From IMG/VR virus record IMGVR_UViG_3300025108_000022, positions 1 through 64,000 of that record: a stretch of 64,000 nt of DNA. One strand, written 5' to 3'. This document shows, in pieces, positions 27,587 through 36,965 of this stretch. The notes below the pieces were generated by a model, which saw only the letters and a program-made list of their open reading frames with translations, had not been told where the DNA came from and did not search any database. The translations under genes and the position numbers were made by a program. Positions within the stretch are counted from its first letter, which is position 1. Each line of letters starts with the position of its first letter. Source of the stretch: a virus.

Positions 27587-29839
27587 ATGGATAGATACGA
27601 CGACATGCTACTCAAAGCCCGTGCTGAAATGCTGGGCAAAGAACCACTACGCAAAGCACCACCGCATGATGCACTTTTCTCGCATGTGTGGAACCATGTT
27701 GTCAAAGCACCCGCTGACGATCCATACGGTTTAATGCAAGGCTACCAAAACGAAAGAAACCAACAACGACAACAACAAGTGCAAGAGCGCACACAGTCTT
27801 CACCAGCACCAGCCGATCCGTTCGGTCAAATGAACGAGGGTGCATCGCTGGATGGGCCAACACAAGGCATGGGGGCTAATTTCCGTCAAGGGCGACAAGA
27901 AACCCGTGATCCAAACAAGACGGGAATGTTTGGCCGAGCCAAGCAAGGCATTGGCAATTTTATGAACAGATTCAAACGAACACCCTCCCAACAAACCGAA
28001 AGCACTCCACCTTCACTTCAAGAGGAACCAGCACCGGCTGACGAGCGTTCATTTATGGACACACCAAGAGCCGAACTCCCTCCGTCGTTTCGATCATGGA
28101 ACCGATATGGGAGCCGTGAAGAAGAGTTCCCAACAAGGGACTGGGTTCGCAATAACATGGATGCTGGCGGAAACGATTTAGCCGAATGGGAAAGAATGAA
28201 TGCCCTTCGGGAACAGCGAGAAGCCGAAACCCAACAAACTCAACAAGCCGAGCAAGGCAACGACCTCCGAGCCGCTACAAGGGACAAAATGACCCCATCA
28301 GCATGGCCGTCGCCTATGCAAGAAGCACAGGAGAGGAAACCTGCTGTTGACGCTGGCATGGACGCTATGCGTGAGCCAGTGGACAACGACTTCTATAACC
28401 GCTTTGCTGGTGTGGAGGAACAACCGATGAGGCAACCCCAATCCGAAGCCCCAGCACCAGTGGAGGAACAACGAGAGTTCAGTGATCCGTTCGGTCAAAT
28501 GAACGGATTAGAGGAACGAGAAGAACTGCCTCCCGACTTCAATACTGAAATTGAACCTCAACAAATGCTAATGACTGACCCTCCGTATATAGGGGGACAG
28601 GAGGAAATGACCGAAGAACGGCAAAATGAGGATGCACTTTCTTACAAGGAGAGGGCATCTAAGAATGCGGAGGAAAGAAACCCGGAAGCCCTTCAACGGT
28701 TGGAGGAATCGCAAATGCTAATGACTGACCCTCCGTATGTGGGGGAACAGGAAGACGAAAACCCCGATTGGATGAAGGGCATGGACGAAGAGGAATACAC
28801 CGATTGGGCACGGTCAATGAGAAATGAATATGGCGGGCAGGAGGAATCACCCCGTGCTACGACACGAACTGGGACAGAAATACCACGAAAGGCGTTGCCA
28901 GCACCAAAGGTGGCACCCGAAAACCGACAATTGCCCGAATCAACCGGAGAAAACAAACCCGGTGAAATGGCTGGCATCCCGTCCAAAGCACGCACAGGAT
29001 TCAATGAAGTCAACAACCGAAGCGAAGGCGACAAGGCCAAGCAAGATCCAAGAGCAAGAGGAAAAAATAACCGCTTGATGGAAACAAAGCGCAGGGAAAA
29101 ATTGCGAAACGAAAAATACAATGTCATGCCGGAGGAACAGCAAGAAAAAGCACCTCCAAAGAAGGCCGCACCAAAGAAGGCTAAGAAAAGCCCAGCCGCA
29201 AAGGCTGTGAAGAATACCGACAAAGGCAAAGAAGTCGCCGAAGCAAACAAGAAAGGCGCACTTGAAGGCACCGAAGAAATGCGAGAAGAAGCACCAAAGA
29301 AAGGTGCGGCAAAGGTGAAAGCAACAACCTCCAAAAAAGCACCTAAAATGGAAATTGGTGAAGGGGCTGAAAGGATTGAAGCCAAGCCAAAGAAGGGTGC
29401 GGCGAAGGTGAAGGCAACAACCTCCAAAGCCAAGCCAAAGGAAGGCTCGGCTCTCGCAAGGGTGAACTCACTTGACGAAAAGCGAAAGGCAGGGGAAAAC
29501 CCCAGCAAACCGTTCGCCAACAAAGCAAAGCCAGCACGCAAGCGCACCAAGAATCCAAAGAAAGCCGCTATTGAAGGACTGGGTGAAGCGGCGGCTCGTT
29601 CAAGAACACGACAGGCCGCAAAAGCAAAAAAAAACGAGCCAAGTGAAGAAAGCGCACCCGAAAAAGAATACGGTTTGAGTATCAGCGGCAGTGCATCCGA
29701 AAGCGACATCAGCGAAATTATGGAGGCCGCAAGAAACGGCAACAAGTCGGCTCAATCGGCGGTGTATAACAACGCCGCAACCTTAGAGGATATATTCAAA
29801 ATACCTGTTGACGACATACGAGAAGCGAGTGGCCGGTGA
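27587..29839 (+). CDS. Large disordered protein with acidic centre and Lys/Ala-rich C-terminal half
   Basis: DMLLKA and HDALFSHVWNHVVKA. Internal duplications DPFGQMN x2, QMLMTDPPY x2 and KKGAAKVKATTSK x2. Confidence 0.75.
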   Translation: MDRYDDMLLKARAEMLGKEPLRKAPPHDALFSHVWNHVVKAPADDPYGLMQGYQNERNQQRQQQVQERTQSSPAPADPFGQMNEGASLDGPTQGMGANFRQGRQETRDPNKTGMFGRAKQGIGNFMNRFKRTPSQQTESTPPSLQEEPAPADERSFMDTPRAELPPSFRSWNRYGSREEEFPTRDWVRNNMDAGGNDLAEWERMNALREQREAETQQTQQAEQGNDLRAATRDKMTPSAWPSPMQEAQERKPAVDAGMDAMREPVDNDFYNRFAGVEEQPMRQPQSEAPAPVEEQREFSDPFGQMNGLEEREELPPDFNTEIEPQQMLMTDPPYIGGQEEMTEERQNEDALSYKERASKNAEERNPEALQRLEESQMLMTDPPYVGEQEDENPDWMKGMDEEEYTDWARSMRNEYGGQEESPRATTRTGTEIPRKALPAPKVAPENRQLPESTGENKPGEMAGIPSKARTGFNEVNNRSEGDKAKQDPRARGKNNRLMETKRREKLRNEKYNVMPEEQQEKAPPKKAAPKKAKKSPAAKAVKNTDKGKEVAEANKKGALEGTEEMREEAPKKGAAKVKATTSKKAPKMEIGEGAERIEAKPKKGAAKVKATTSKAKPKEGSALARVNSLDEKRKAGENPSKPFANKAKPARKRTKNPKKAAIEGLGEAAARSRTRQAAKAKKNEPSEESAPEKEYGLSISGSASESDISEIMEAARNGNKSAQSAVYNNAATLEDIFKIPVDDIREASGR

Positions 29840-29844
29840 ACGCC

Positions 29845-31281
29845 ATGAGTGCCCCCGTAGCAGATATCGCCCGCCAAGTGGATTGGGAGATGGGACGCAG
29901 GGATTTCAAGTATTTTTTTGAAGACATTTGCGGAAAAGAAGAAAATTACATGGTCGCCGACTTTCACCAAGAATGGTTTGATATGAGCGAGAACCATAAC
30001 AAAACATGTGTTATCGCTTCTCGTGATCACGGAAAGTCTGTGTTTTATCGGGTGTATTTGTTATGGAAAATGGCTTACAACCCCGGCACAGAAGTATTAT
30101 TCTTTTCACACAGTCAACACCAGTCCATTGAACACATGGCGAAAATGAACGAATTGATTGAATCAATACCCACACTTCAACATTTGAAACCAAAGCGTGG
30201 GTGGGCGAAACAGAAGTTCAAGTTCACCAACAAATCCTCAATATCGGCTATGTCAGTCGGCAAAGCAGTTCGTGGTGCCCACCCCGACATTGTAGTGCTG
30301 GACGACATATTATCCAGTGAAGCGGCTACGCAATTGACGCATATTGCTTCATGGTTTTACACAGCCCTCCTGCCTGTTCTCCACCACACCGCACAGTTAT
30401 GTATCGTCGGAACTCCGTTTTCATACACTGATTTATACCAAGAACTCAAGGGCTTGAAAGGCTACAAAGTGGGCGAATACCCAGCAATAAGCGAAGAAAC
30501 AGGCCATCCACTTTGGCCCGAACGCTGGTCGCTTGAAGCACTACAACAACGCCGTGGTGAAATGACTTCAATTGCTTTCACCCGTGAATACCTGTGCAAA
30601 CCTATTGCCAGTGAATCAAGCCTATTCCCAGTGGACATGACTGATCCGTGTAAAGACGAAGACCATGCCTTTGTCTTTGACCCGTATGCGGGCGACTTTG
30701 ATGAGAATGTCAATTATTACATCGGGTGGGATCCTGCTATCAGCCCCGACCGAAAAGCCGACTACACTTGCATGTGCGTTTTGGCTATGGACGAAAACCG
30801 ACACAAACGGGTCGTTTGGATGCACCGAGAAAAGGGAATGGATTTCAGTTCTCAAATTGACAAAATCATTGAACTGAATGCTCGTTTCAACCCAGTCATT
30901 GTTGAACTTGAAACAAACAATTTCGCTCAAGCCTTTCATCAAGTCTTGAAAGAAATTAGTGATTTACCTATCAAACCATTCACCATGAGCCGCATGAGAA
31001 AAGAAGCGATTATGCACTCACTTCAATTGCACTTTGAACAGCGTCATTTGATTTTGCCCTACAAAGACGAAGGCAGGACAAGGCGCATGATGGACACCCT
31101 ACTCAATGAACTTTCAATGTTCACTATGTTGCCCAACGGGAAAATGGAGTCGCTGGGCAAGCACGACGACACAGTTATTGCCCTTGCACTCGCAGTTCAA
31201 GCGACAAAGGAATATAGGGACAACATCGTCGTCCTTGATGGGGCGGCATGGTCGCAACGCTTGGGGTGGAGTGAAGTATGA
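29845..31281 (+). CDS. terL: Terminase large subunit
   Basis: Walker A ASRDHGKS, Walker B IVVLDD, VGTP coupling motif, nuclease IGWDPA and HDDTVIALALA. GGTGA SD. Confidence 0.95.
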   Translation: MSAPVADIARQVDWEMGRRDFKYFFEDICGKEENYMVADFHQEWFDMSENHNKTCVIASRDHGKSVFYRVYLLWKMAYNPGTEVLFFSHSQHQSIEHMAKMNELIESIPTLQHLKPKRGWAKQKFKFTNKSSISAMSVGKAVRGAHPDIVVLDDILSSEAATQLTHIASWFYTALLPVLHHTAQLCIVGTPFSYTDLYQELKGLKGYKVGEYPAISEETGHPLWPERWSLEALQQRRGEMTSIAFTREYLCKPIASESSLFPVDMTDPCKDEDHAFVFDPYAGDFDENVNYYIGWDPAISPDRKADYTCMCVLAMDENRHKRVVWMHREKGMDFSSQIDKIIELNARFNPVIVELETNNFAQAFHQVLKEISDLPIKPFTMSRMRKEAIMHSLQLHFEQRHLILPYKDEGRTRRMMDTLLNELSMFTMLPNGKMESLGKHDDTVIALALAVQATKEYRDNIVVLDGAAWSQRLGWSEV

Positions 31282-32696
31282 CACGAATTATGTGGGATAG
31301 CGAAGTTCGTTCAATGGACGACGCCCTTATCAAATTAGCACCATTGTTAGCCGGAGCCGCCCGATTAGCGGCACCAGCCGCAAAAAAGTTAGCACCCATC
31401 GCCGCAAAGGAGGGTGCAAAAATGGCCGCACCAAAAATCATGGATGCGGCAAAGGGAAAAATCACCGGCCTTCTTGATCAGAAAAGGCAACAGGAACAGG
31501 AATTGGCTGAAACAGAACAGCAGATTGAAACCAATGAGCAAGAGCAAGAAGTGGAACAGCCGGAACAGCAACAACAACAAACCCCGCCGCCAACAGGACA
31601 ACCCATGCCACCTCAAGCGACCGCAGGTTCCGAGATAACAGGCATGAAGGGTGGCGACCAACCAAGCAACCCAACCGAACAACCCGGCACTACGGCCACA
31701 CCCGTCGTGGGAGTCAGCAAATCCTTCTTCAAAGATGAAATAGGAATGAGTGGTTCAGATCTAATTGACCTCTTTCAAAAAGCAGGTGAAACAGAAGCCA
31801 TACCGGCGGTTGTTGAATTGTTGCGGCAAGAGCAACATGCTGTGCTAAAATCATTTGACTGGTGGGACGAAAACGATTGGGGGCTTTTGGAACTACAAGA
31901 CAACGACTTCAACCTTCTCACCATTTATCCCGAACGATTGGAATATCAATTAAGGAAAACAGTGGCGGGTGTTAAAAAAGCCCAAAGCCAAGACGAATGC
32001 CGAACGATTTGGAAAGCGTGGCATGATAGATTGAATGCTGAAAACCGCTTGAGCCGCAGGGAAAGAAGTGTTCTCAAAGAATGTCTTAACACACTGCAAA
32101 AGCACGGTGACATGAATGCCGCAACCATCACCAGTTATGGTGTGGATGCGACCACTGCCGAAGTCGCTGGCCTCATCAAAACATACGGTCATTTGTATGA
32201 CATGAAGGTGGTGGGCAAGGGAACCAAATACGATGATCGAACACTCCATTATGGAGCCAACAAACCACCAGTATTCTTGAAGAGAATTGACTCGTTTATC
32301 GGGAATCTGTGGGAGGTTGGTGGTGAAATGTCCATAACAAAAAGCGGAATACCCCGTCTTACCCTACCGTTTAGCACAAAGCGTGCCGAAGATTACACCA
32401 ATGTTTTGAAGAAGGAATTGGGTGTGGAGAGTATTATGTGGGAGGGTCGCCAGTTCTTGATTGAAGGAGATCGAGCCGTTTATGAGGCGGCTAAAGTCGC
32501 ACTGCCGTATTTAGAAAAGCAATTTTCCGAAGCGGCCATTTTACTTTCAGCACTTGAAGGGAATGAAAACGCAGGTCGTATCATCGCCTTTAAGCAAGCA
32601 ATTCCCGAAGATCAAGTGTCAATGCTCAAAGCATGGAACACTTCAATTGACGGATTAGATGAATGGAAAGAGGTGATTGTCAATGACCGCCGATAA
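31278..32696 (+). CDS. Protein with disordered N-terminus, possible wHTH and degenerate LAGLIDADG-like C-terminal domain
   Basis: FIGNLWEVGGEMSI....PRLTL.....LKKELG....IEGDRAV....ALPYL. Confidence 0.5.
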   Translation: MTRIMWDSEVRSMDDALIKLAPLLAGAARLAAPAAKKLAPIAAKEGAKMAAPKIMDAAKGKITGLLDQKRQQEQELAETEQQIETNEQEQEVEQPEQQQQQTPPPTGQPMPPQATAGSEITGMKGGDQPSNPTEQPGTTATPVVGVSKSFFKDEIGMSGSDLIDLFQKAGETEAIPAVVELLRQEQHAVLKSFDWWDENDWGLLELQDNDFNLLTIYPERLEYQLRKTVAGVKKAQSQDECRTIWKAWHDRLNAENRLSRRERSVLKECLNTLQKHGDMNAATITSYGVDATTAEVAGLIKTYGHLYDMKVVGKGTKYDDRTLHYGANKPPVFLKRIDSFIGNLWEVGGEMSITKSGIPRLTLPFSTKRAEDYTNVLKKELGVESIMWEGRQFLIEGDRAVYEAAKVALPYLEKQFSEAAILLSALEGNENAGRIIAFKQAIPEDQVSMLKAWNTSIDGLDEWKEVIVNDRR

Positions 32697-34485
32697 GAAA
32701 CGCATTGACCGATTATTCGCCGCACTTGGTGTGGATATGGAACGCCATTCAACACCCACGCCCGAAATGCCTTTGTTTCAAAGCGGCGTTCAAGAACCAG
32801 CACTTTTGCAGGGAATCACTATCCCAGCCCTCTATGCGGCTTCTTTTGAATGTCTTGTCCTCCGTTCTATTCTTACACACCTCGCAACAGAATGTTTCCG
32901 CAAAGGCTGGGTTTGGAAACCAAAGTTCGTTTCAAAATGCCGAGAGTGCGAAGAGGAATACCAAAAAGAAGTGGACTCCTGTTTGAAGTGCGGTGGCGAA
33001 GTCCGACCGGCTGACAAAGCGCAATTGGATTATGCCGACGCTTTGTTGAACTCCGAGAACAGAATGGCTCAATCATTCCTTGAAGTTCTCCGTGAAATTG
33101 AAATGGATTTGAATATCGTTGACGATGCTTACATCATACTCACAAAAGAATACTTCGTGGATCCTACAACGGGCAAGCCGCAATTTTATCGCATCAAAGA
33201 AATAACCCGTGCTGACCCAATTTTCATGCGTATTGTCGCTGACAAGCGTGGTGTTCGTGGTGGCAAGCAATACACCAGCCTCCTTGACCGTTCATTCCGA
33301 ACAGGCAACAAGGACGAGAAGTGTCCTAAGACTGGGTTGCCAGTCGTGCCAGTTCATTACATCAACCTCGCTGGTGTGGGCGCAGGTCAAGTCTATACCG
33401 AAGGCGAAGTTATCCACATCAGCAAATGGTCGCCGTCTAAACTCTATGGTCGCTCTCCTGTCGCCACACTATGGCGTCAAGTGAACACACTCATTTCAAT
33501 GGACAATTATGTCTATTCTGCATATCAAAAGCGAAGAATGCCAAGAGGTGTTATGGTGATTAAATCGTCCAACCTTGAAACGGTGGAACGAACAGCACGA
33601 AACATACAGGAACACCTTGAGCGTGACCCGAACTACATTCCCACCGTTGGTGTTGAAACGGAGAGTGGTCGTGGTGGTCTTGAGTATGTCCGTATGATGG
33701 ACACACTTGAAGAACTCCAATACATTCCTATCAAAGACGACATACGACAGCGTATTTCATCATTCTTTGGTGTATCAAATGTCTTTATGAACGATGTTTC
33801 CGGCGGCGGATTGAACAATGAAGGTATGCAAATTGTTGTCACGAATCGTGCCCTTGCGGCCAGTCAAAACCTTTACAACAAGCGATTATTCCCGTTGTTG
33901 CTCCAAGCATTACAAATTGATGAATGGGAAATGTCCCTACACCCACACGAAGAAGAAGACGAAATCATGGTTATGCGTCGTGATGAAATGGCGATTCGCA
34001 ATATGCTTCAAATGAAGCAAGCGGGCTATGATGCCAAACTCCGTGACGATCAAGGCATCCTCCAATTCTCCTACAAAGAAGCACCACCTCCACCCCCACC
34101 TCCACCGGGCGCAACCAACGCCGCACCCGCACCACCGGACGGAGGCGGGCCGGTTCAAACCAGCAATTGGCTCTTACCTCCAACAATGGACGACATTTTG
34201 AAAAGAACAGAAGCAGATCCAGTTCATGGGCAGGAACCCATCCCCGAAGCCATGCGAACAACATACGGCACAGATTTGAAACCACTTCGGCGTGTTGGTT
34301 TATCACAGTTAGGACTCAAGAGTCGGCGCACCTCCGGCAAGGGCAAAAGCCCAACCGATGTGAAGCGGTTTGAAGGTGCCCACCACATGTCCTCAACCGA
34401 ACGAGATAGCAGGGACACTGCCCCTCAAGGAATTAAGAATGCGGAGGAACGCATTAAGAACTTAGACAGGCGGTTGGGACTATGA
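32683..34485 (+). CDS. Portal protein
   Basis: Position after terL. DLNIVDDAY, EVIH....SKLYGRSP and IRQRISSFFGVS. Zn-ribbon-like insertion CREC...CLKC. Confidence 0.85.
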   Translation: MTADKKRIDRLFAALGVDMERHSTPTPEMPLFQSGVQEPALLQGITIPALYAASFECLVLRSILTHLATECFRKGWVWKPKFVSKCRECEEEYQKEVDSCLKCGGEVRPADKAQLDYADALLNSENRMAQSFLEVLREIEMDLNIVDDAYIILTKEYFVDPTTGKPQFYRIKEITRADPIFMRIVADKRGVRGGKQYTSLLDRSFRTGNKDEKCPKTGLPVVPVHYINLAGVGAGQVYTEGEVIHISKWSPSKLYGRSPVATLWRQVNTLISMDNYVYSAYQKRRMPRGVMVIKSSNLETVERTARNIQEHLERDPNYIPTVGVETESGRGGLEYVRMMDTLEELQYIPIKDDIRQRISSFFGVSNVFMNDVSGGGLNNEGMQIVVTNRALAASQNLYNKRLFPLLLQALQIDEWEMSLHPHEEEDEIMVMRRDEMAIRNMLQMKQAGYDAKLRDDQGILQFSYKEAPPPPPPPPGATNAAPAPPDGGGPVQTSNWLLPPTMDDILKRTEADPVHGQEPIPEAMRTTYGTDLKPLRRVGLSQLGLKSRRTSGKGKSPTDVKRFEGAHHMSSTERDSRDTAPQGIKNAEERIKNLDRRLGL

Positions 34486-34534
34486 TTCTCCATAACCTTC
34501 ATTTAATGGGATAGCATGGGATGGTTTGGTTAAG

Positions 34535-34909
34535 ATGAACGAAGGCTTTCTTGATTTTGGAATAATCGCAAAAATGGATCCTATGGCACGCCGAGCAACG
34601 GCAAGTATGGAGGCCATGCAAAACGCAATCGCACACAACAATATGGACGATGTAGCAAAGCACATTGAACAGGCAAAAAACGCACTATCAATCCTTGAGC
34701 GCGATCTCAACCTCGCTAAGTCAATGAAAGCGACAGCCGCAATCACCAAGAGCGAAACTGAAATCATTCAAGGCACAGGACAAACTCTTGGGAATGTCGG
34801 ACGCCATCAAAACACCGTGAGCGATTACGACGGAACCGAAGGAGCAACAGTTCTCGGCGTTTCCCGATATGGTCGTTCTTCAACAATTTGGCGACCACAG
34901 CAGGAGTGA
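34535..34909 (+). CDS. Hypothetical head-module protein
   Basis: Helical ORF with IIAKM, LAKS and ITKS motifs. Confidence 0.65.
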   Translation: MNEGFLDFGIIAKMDPMARRATASMEAMQNAIAHNNMDDVAKHIEQAKNALSILERDLNLAKSMKATAAITKSETEIIQGTGQTLGNVGRHQNTVSDYDGTEGATVLGVSRYGRSSTIWRPQQE

Positions 34910-34914
34910 TCACA

Positions 34915-35505
34915 ATGTATCGTGGTTCACCGTCTATTGCCGACCGAATGCGAGTCTTGGATTTTGCCGCTTCGCTCCGCAAGGCTGACGACATGGACAG
35001 TGGTTCAAGCGGTCAAATGGTTTCAAACCCGATGCCAACAAGCCCTCCTTCTTCACCTATGAGTTCCCCGCCCGAAATGACTGGCGGCGGTGGCCCATCG
35101 CCCGAAGAAATGAGCGCACTCGTTTCAAGTGGCAAAGTGTATGGCAACAGCAAAGAAGCATTGGCTGATTTTGAAATGCGCCTCACCGAACTCGCAACCG
35201 ACATCACCGCACACATCGGGACTATCGGCCAATCCAAATACACAGACGATCTAGATGGCGACTCCGTTATGGGACACGCTTCTTCACTTATGGCTCTCCG
35301 AAGTCAAATAGAAGAAACACGAAACTTCGTTGAAGTCGTGCGACTCAAAGATGCTGGAATGGTGAACCACATGCCCGGAATGGGTATGCCGCCCGACATG
35401 AGCGCACCTCCTATGGGTGGACTACAAAACATGCCAGCACCCGGCCCAGCAGGTATGCCACCCGGTGGAATGCCTATGCCCGGCCCAATGATGGGAGGCA
35501 TGTGA
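34915..35505 (+). CDS. Hypothetical head-module protein (Met/Pro/Gly-rich tail)
   Basis: ATG 34915 follows GGAGTGA. Confidence 0.7.
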   Translation: MYRGSPSIADRMRVLDFAASLRKADDMDSGSSGQMVSNPMPTSPPSSPMSSPPEMTGGGGPSPEEMSALVSSGKVYGNSKEALADFEMRLTELATDITAHIGTIGQSKYTDDLDGDSVMGHASSLMALRSQIEETRNFVEVVRLKDAGMVNHMPGMGMPPDMSAPPMGGLQNMPAPGPAGMPPGGMPMPGPMMGGM

Positions 35506-35506
35506 T

Positions 35507-35857
35507 ATGAGCGACAATGCAGGTGAAGCAACCGCCGATTTGTTGAAAGAAATGGTCGGAGAACTCCGTCTATTGCGACAAAGGGTGGAACAATTAGAAA
35601 CCGAAAACGCAACGCTCTCCAAAGCAGTGGACGACCCCGAAACACTGATGAAAAAAGCAGGATGGCTCAAAGCCGTCACTCCGTTATCCGCCGAAGTCTA
35701 TGATCCTCTTAACCGTGAGGCTGGCGACGCACCAGCGTTTGTCAGTGGATTCGGAACTGAAATGCTCAACAAGGGAATGGATGAATTGAAAGAATGGCAA
35801 CAGATGGAAAACTCCATGCCGAGCCACACCACCCCTTCTTCAATAAAATACAGGTGA
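35507..35857 (+). CDS. Coiled-coil head-module protein
   Basis: LRLLRQRVEQLETENATLSKA. Confidence 0.7.
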   Translation: MSDNAGEATADLLKEMVGELRLLRQRVEQLETENATLSKAVDDPETLMKKAGWLKAVTPLSAEVYDPLNREAGDAPAFVSGFGTEMLNKGMDELKEWQQMENSMPSHTTPSSIKYR

Positions 35858-35862
35858 TTACA

Positions 35863-36951
35863 ATGCAACCACGATGGCACGAACCAAAAAATACAGCCGA
35901 AGGCGAACTACTACAACATGTGCTACAATTAGAGCAAATCGTCAAAATGCGAAAGAACATGAACTGCATGGGTTGTAAATCCGACGATTGCCCGTCTTGT
36001 TCTAAGAAAGCAAGCAAAGCAGGTCAAATTAAAGTCACGGACGCTGACAGACATAACAACAAGGTTTTCGCTGACATCATGGGTGACGGTGATGAAGACG
36101 CCGCACACAAGAACTATGAAGAAGCCAGTGAAATGGATCGCAAAGGTCAGTTCAAACCAAACCGTGGTGATGAAAAGAAACCGACCTTGAAAGGACGAGG
36201 CGGCATGTTATCCAATTTTGATTTCAGCAAGAATACCGGCAAGGGAGAGCCTATCGGTGCAGGAGGTCAAAGAATGACTCAAGAGGAAGCGATGGGTGGT
36301 GGCAAAAACGACCGCATGGGTCAGCCATATACCGTCGATCCGAAAGTTAGGAGTATGCACAGCAGAAAGCGATTTGATGATGGGTCAATAAGCCATACAG
36401 GAAGAGGTGGGCGTGGCTATACAAACGCTGGTAGTAAAATCACACGAACACCACGACCCGGTGTCGGACAACGCTCGGATTTCAGCACAGAAGGTGATGG
36501 GTCAAGTGTGCTTGAGCCTAAACCCGAATGGATGGTGGACAAAGGCGACATCACCTCACAGTTCCTTGCATCAAAAGGCGTTATCGTCAAGTATGAGCAA
36601 GAAGGCTCCGTTGAAAACGGCGTCCCTCAATTTATGGATCACAGCGGCGGAACACCGATTGAAGCAAGACCATATCAAACGAATGGGACATACCCGGACT
36701 TTAATGAGGTTGCACCCAAAAAATCATCCATCAGCGAAGTGGCTAAAATGCCAGCATACGCAAAGACGGGGTATGATGAAAAAGGCAGTTCAGTCCACAT
36801 GCACTTAACAAACGGAGGCGACCGCAAAGGCGGCAATTGGAACATCGCTCCAATTGAAGAAAGCCTCACGCAATTGAGAAAGGGATATGGAAACCCCGGA
36901 ATCATTGAGGAAATTGCCTCCCTTATGGAAAATGTCGCAAAGAACCTCTAA
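35863..36951 (+). CDS. Disordered head-module protein
   Basis: ATG 35863 follows GGTGA. CMGC..CPSC and several hydrophobic-x-K motifs. Confidence 0.7.
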   Translation: MQPRWHEPKNTAEGELLQHVLQLEQIVKMRKNMNCMGCKSDDCPSCSKKASKAGQIKVTDADRHNNKVFADIMGDGDEDAAHKNYEEASEMDRKGQFKPNRGDEKKPTLKGRGGMLSNFDFSKNTGKGEPIGAGGQRMTQEEAMGGGKNDRMGQPYTVDPKVRSMHSRKRFDDGSISHTGRGGRGYTNAGSKITRTPRPGVGQRSDFSTEGDGSSVLEPKPEWMVDKGDITSQFLASKGVIVKYEQEGSVENGVPQFMDHSGGTPIEARPYQTNGTYPDFNEVAPKKSSISEVAKMPAYAKTGYDEKGSSVHMHLTNGGDRKGGNWNIAPIEESLTQLRKGYGNPGIIEEIASLMENVAKNL

Positions 36952-36965
36952 TTGGAGGTTTAGGC

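Noticed and set aside
28693-29745. 350-aa hydrophobic minus-strand ORF
   Set aside because: It is the antisense shadow of the Lys/Ala-rich region (AAA/AAG read as Phe/Leu).
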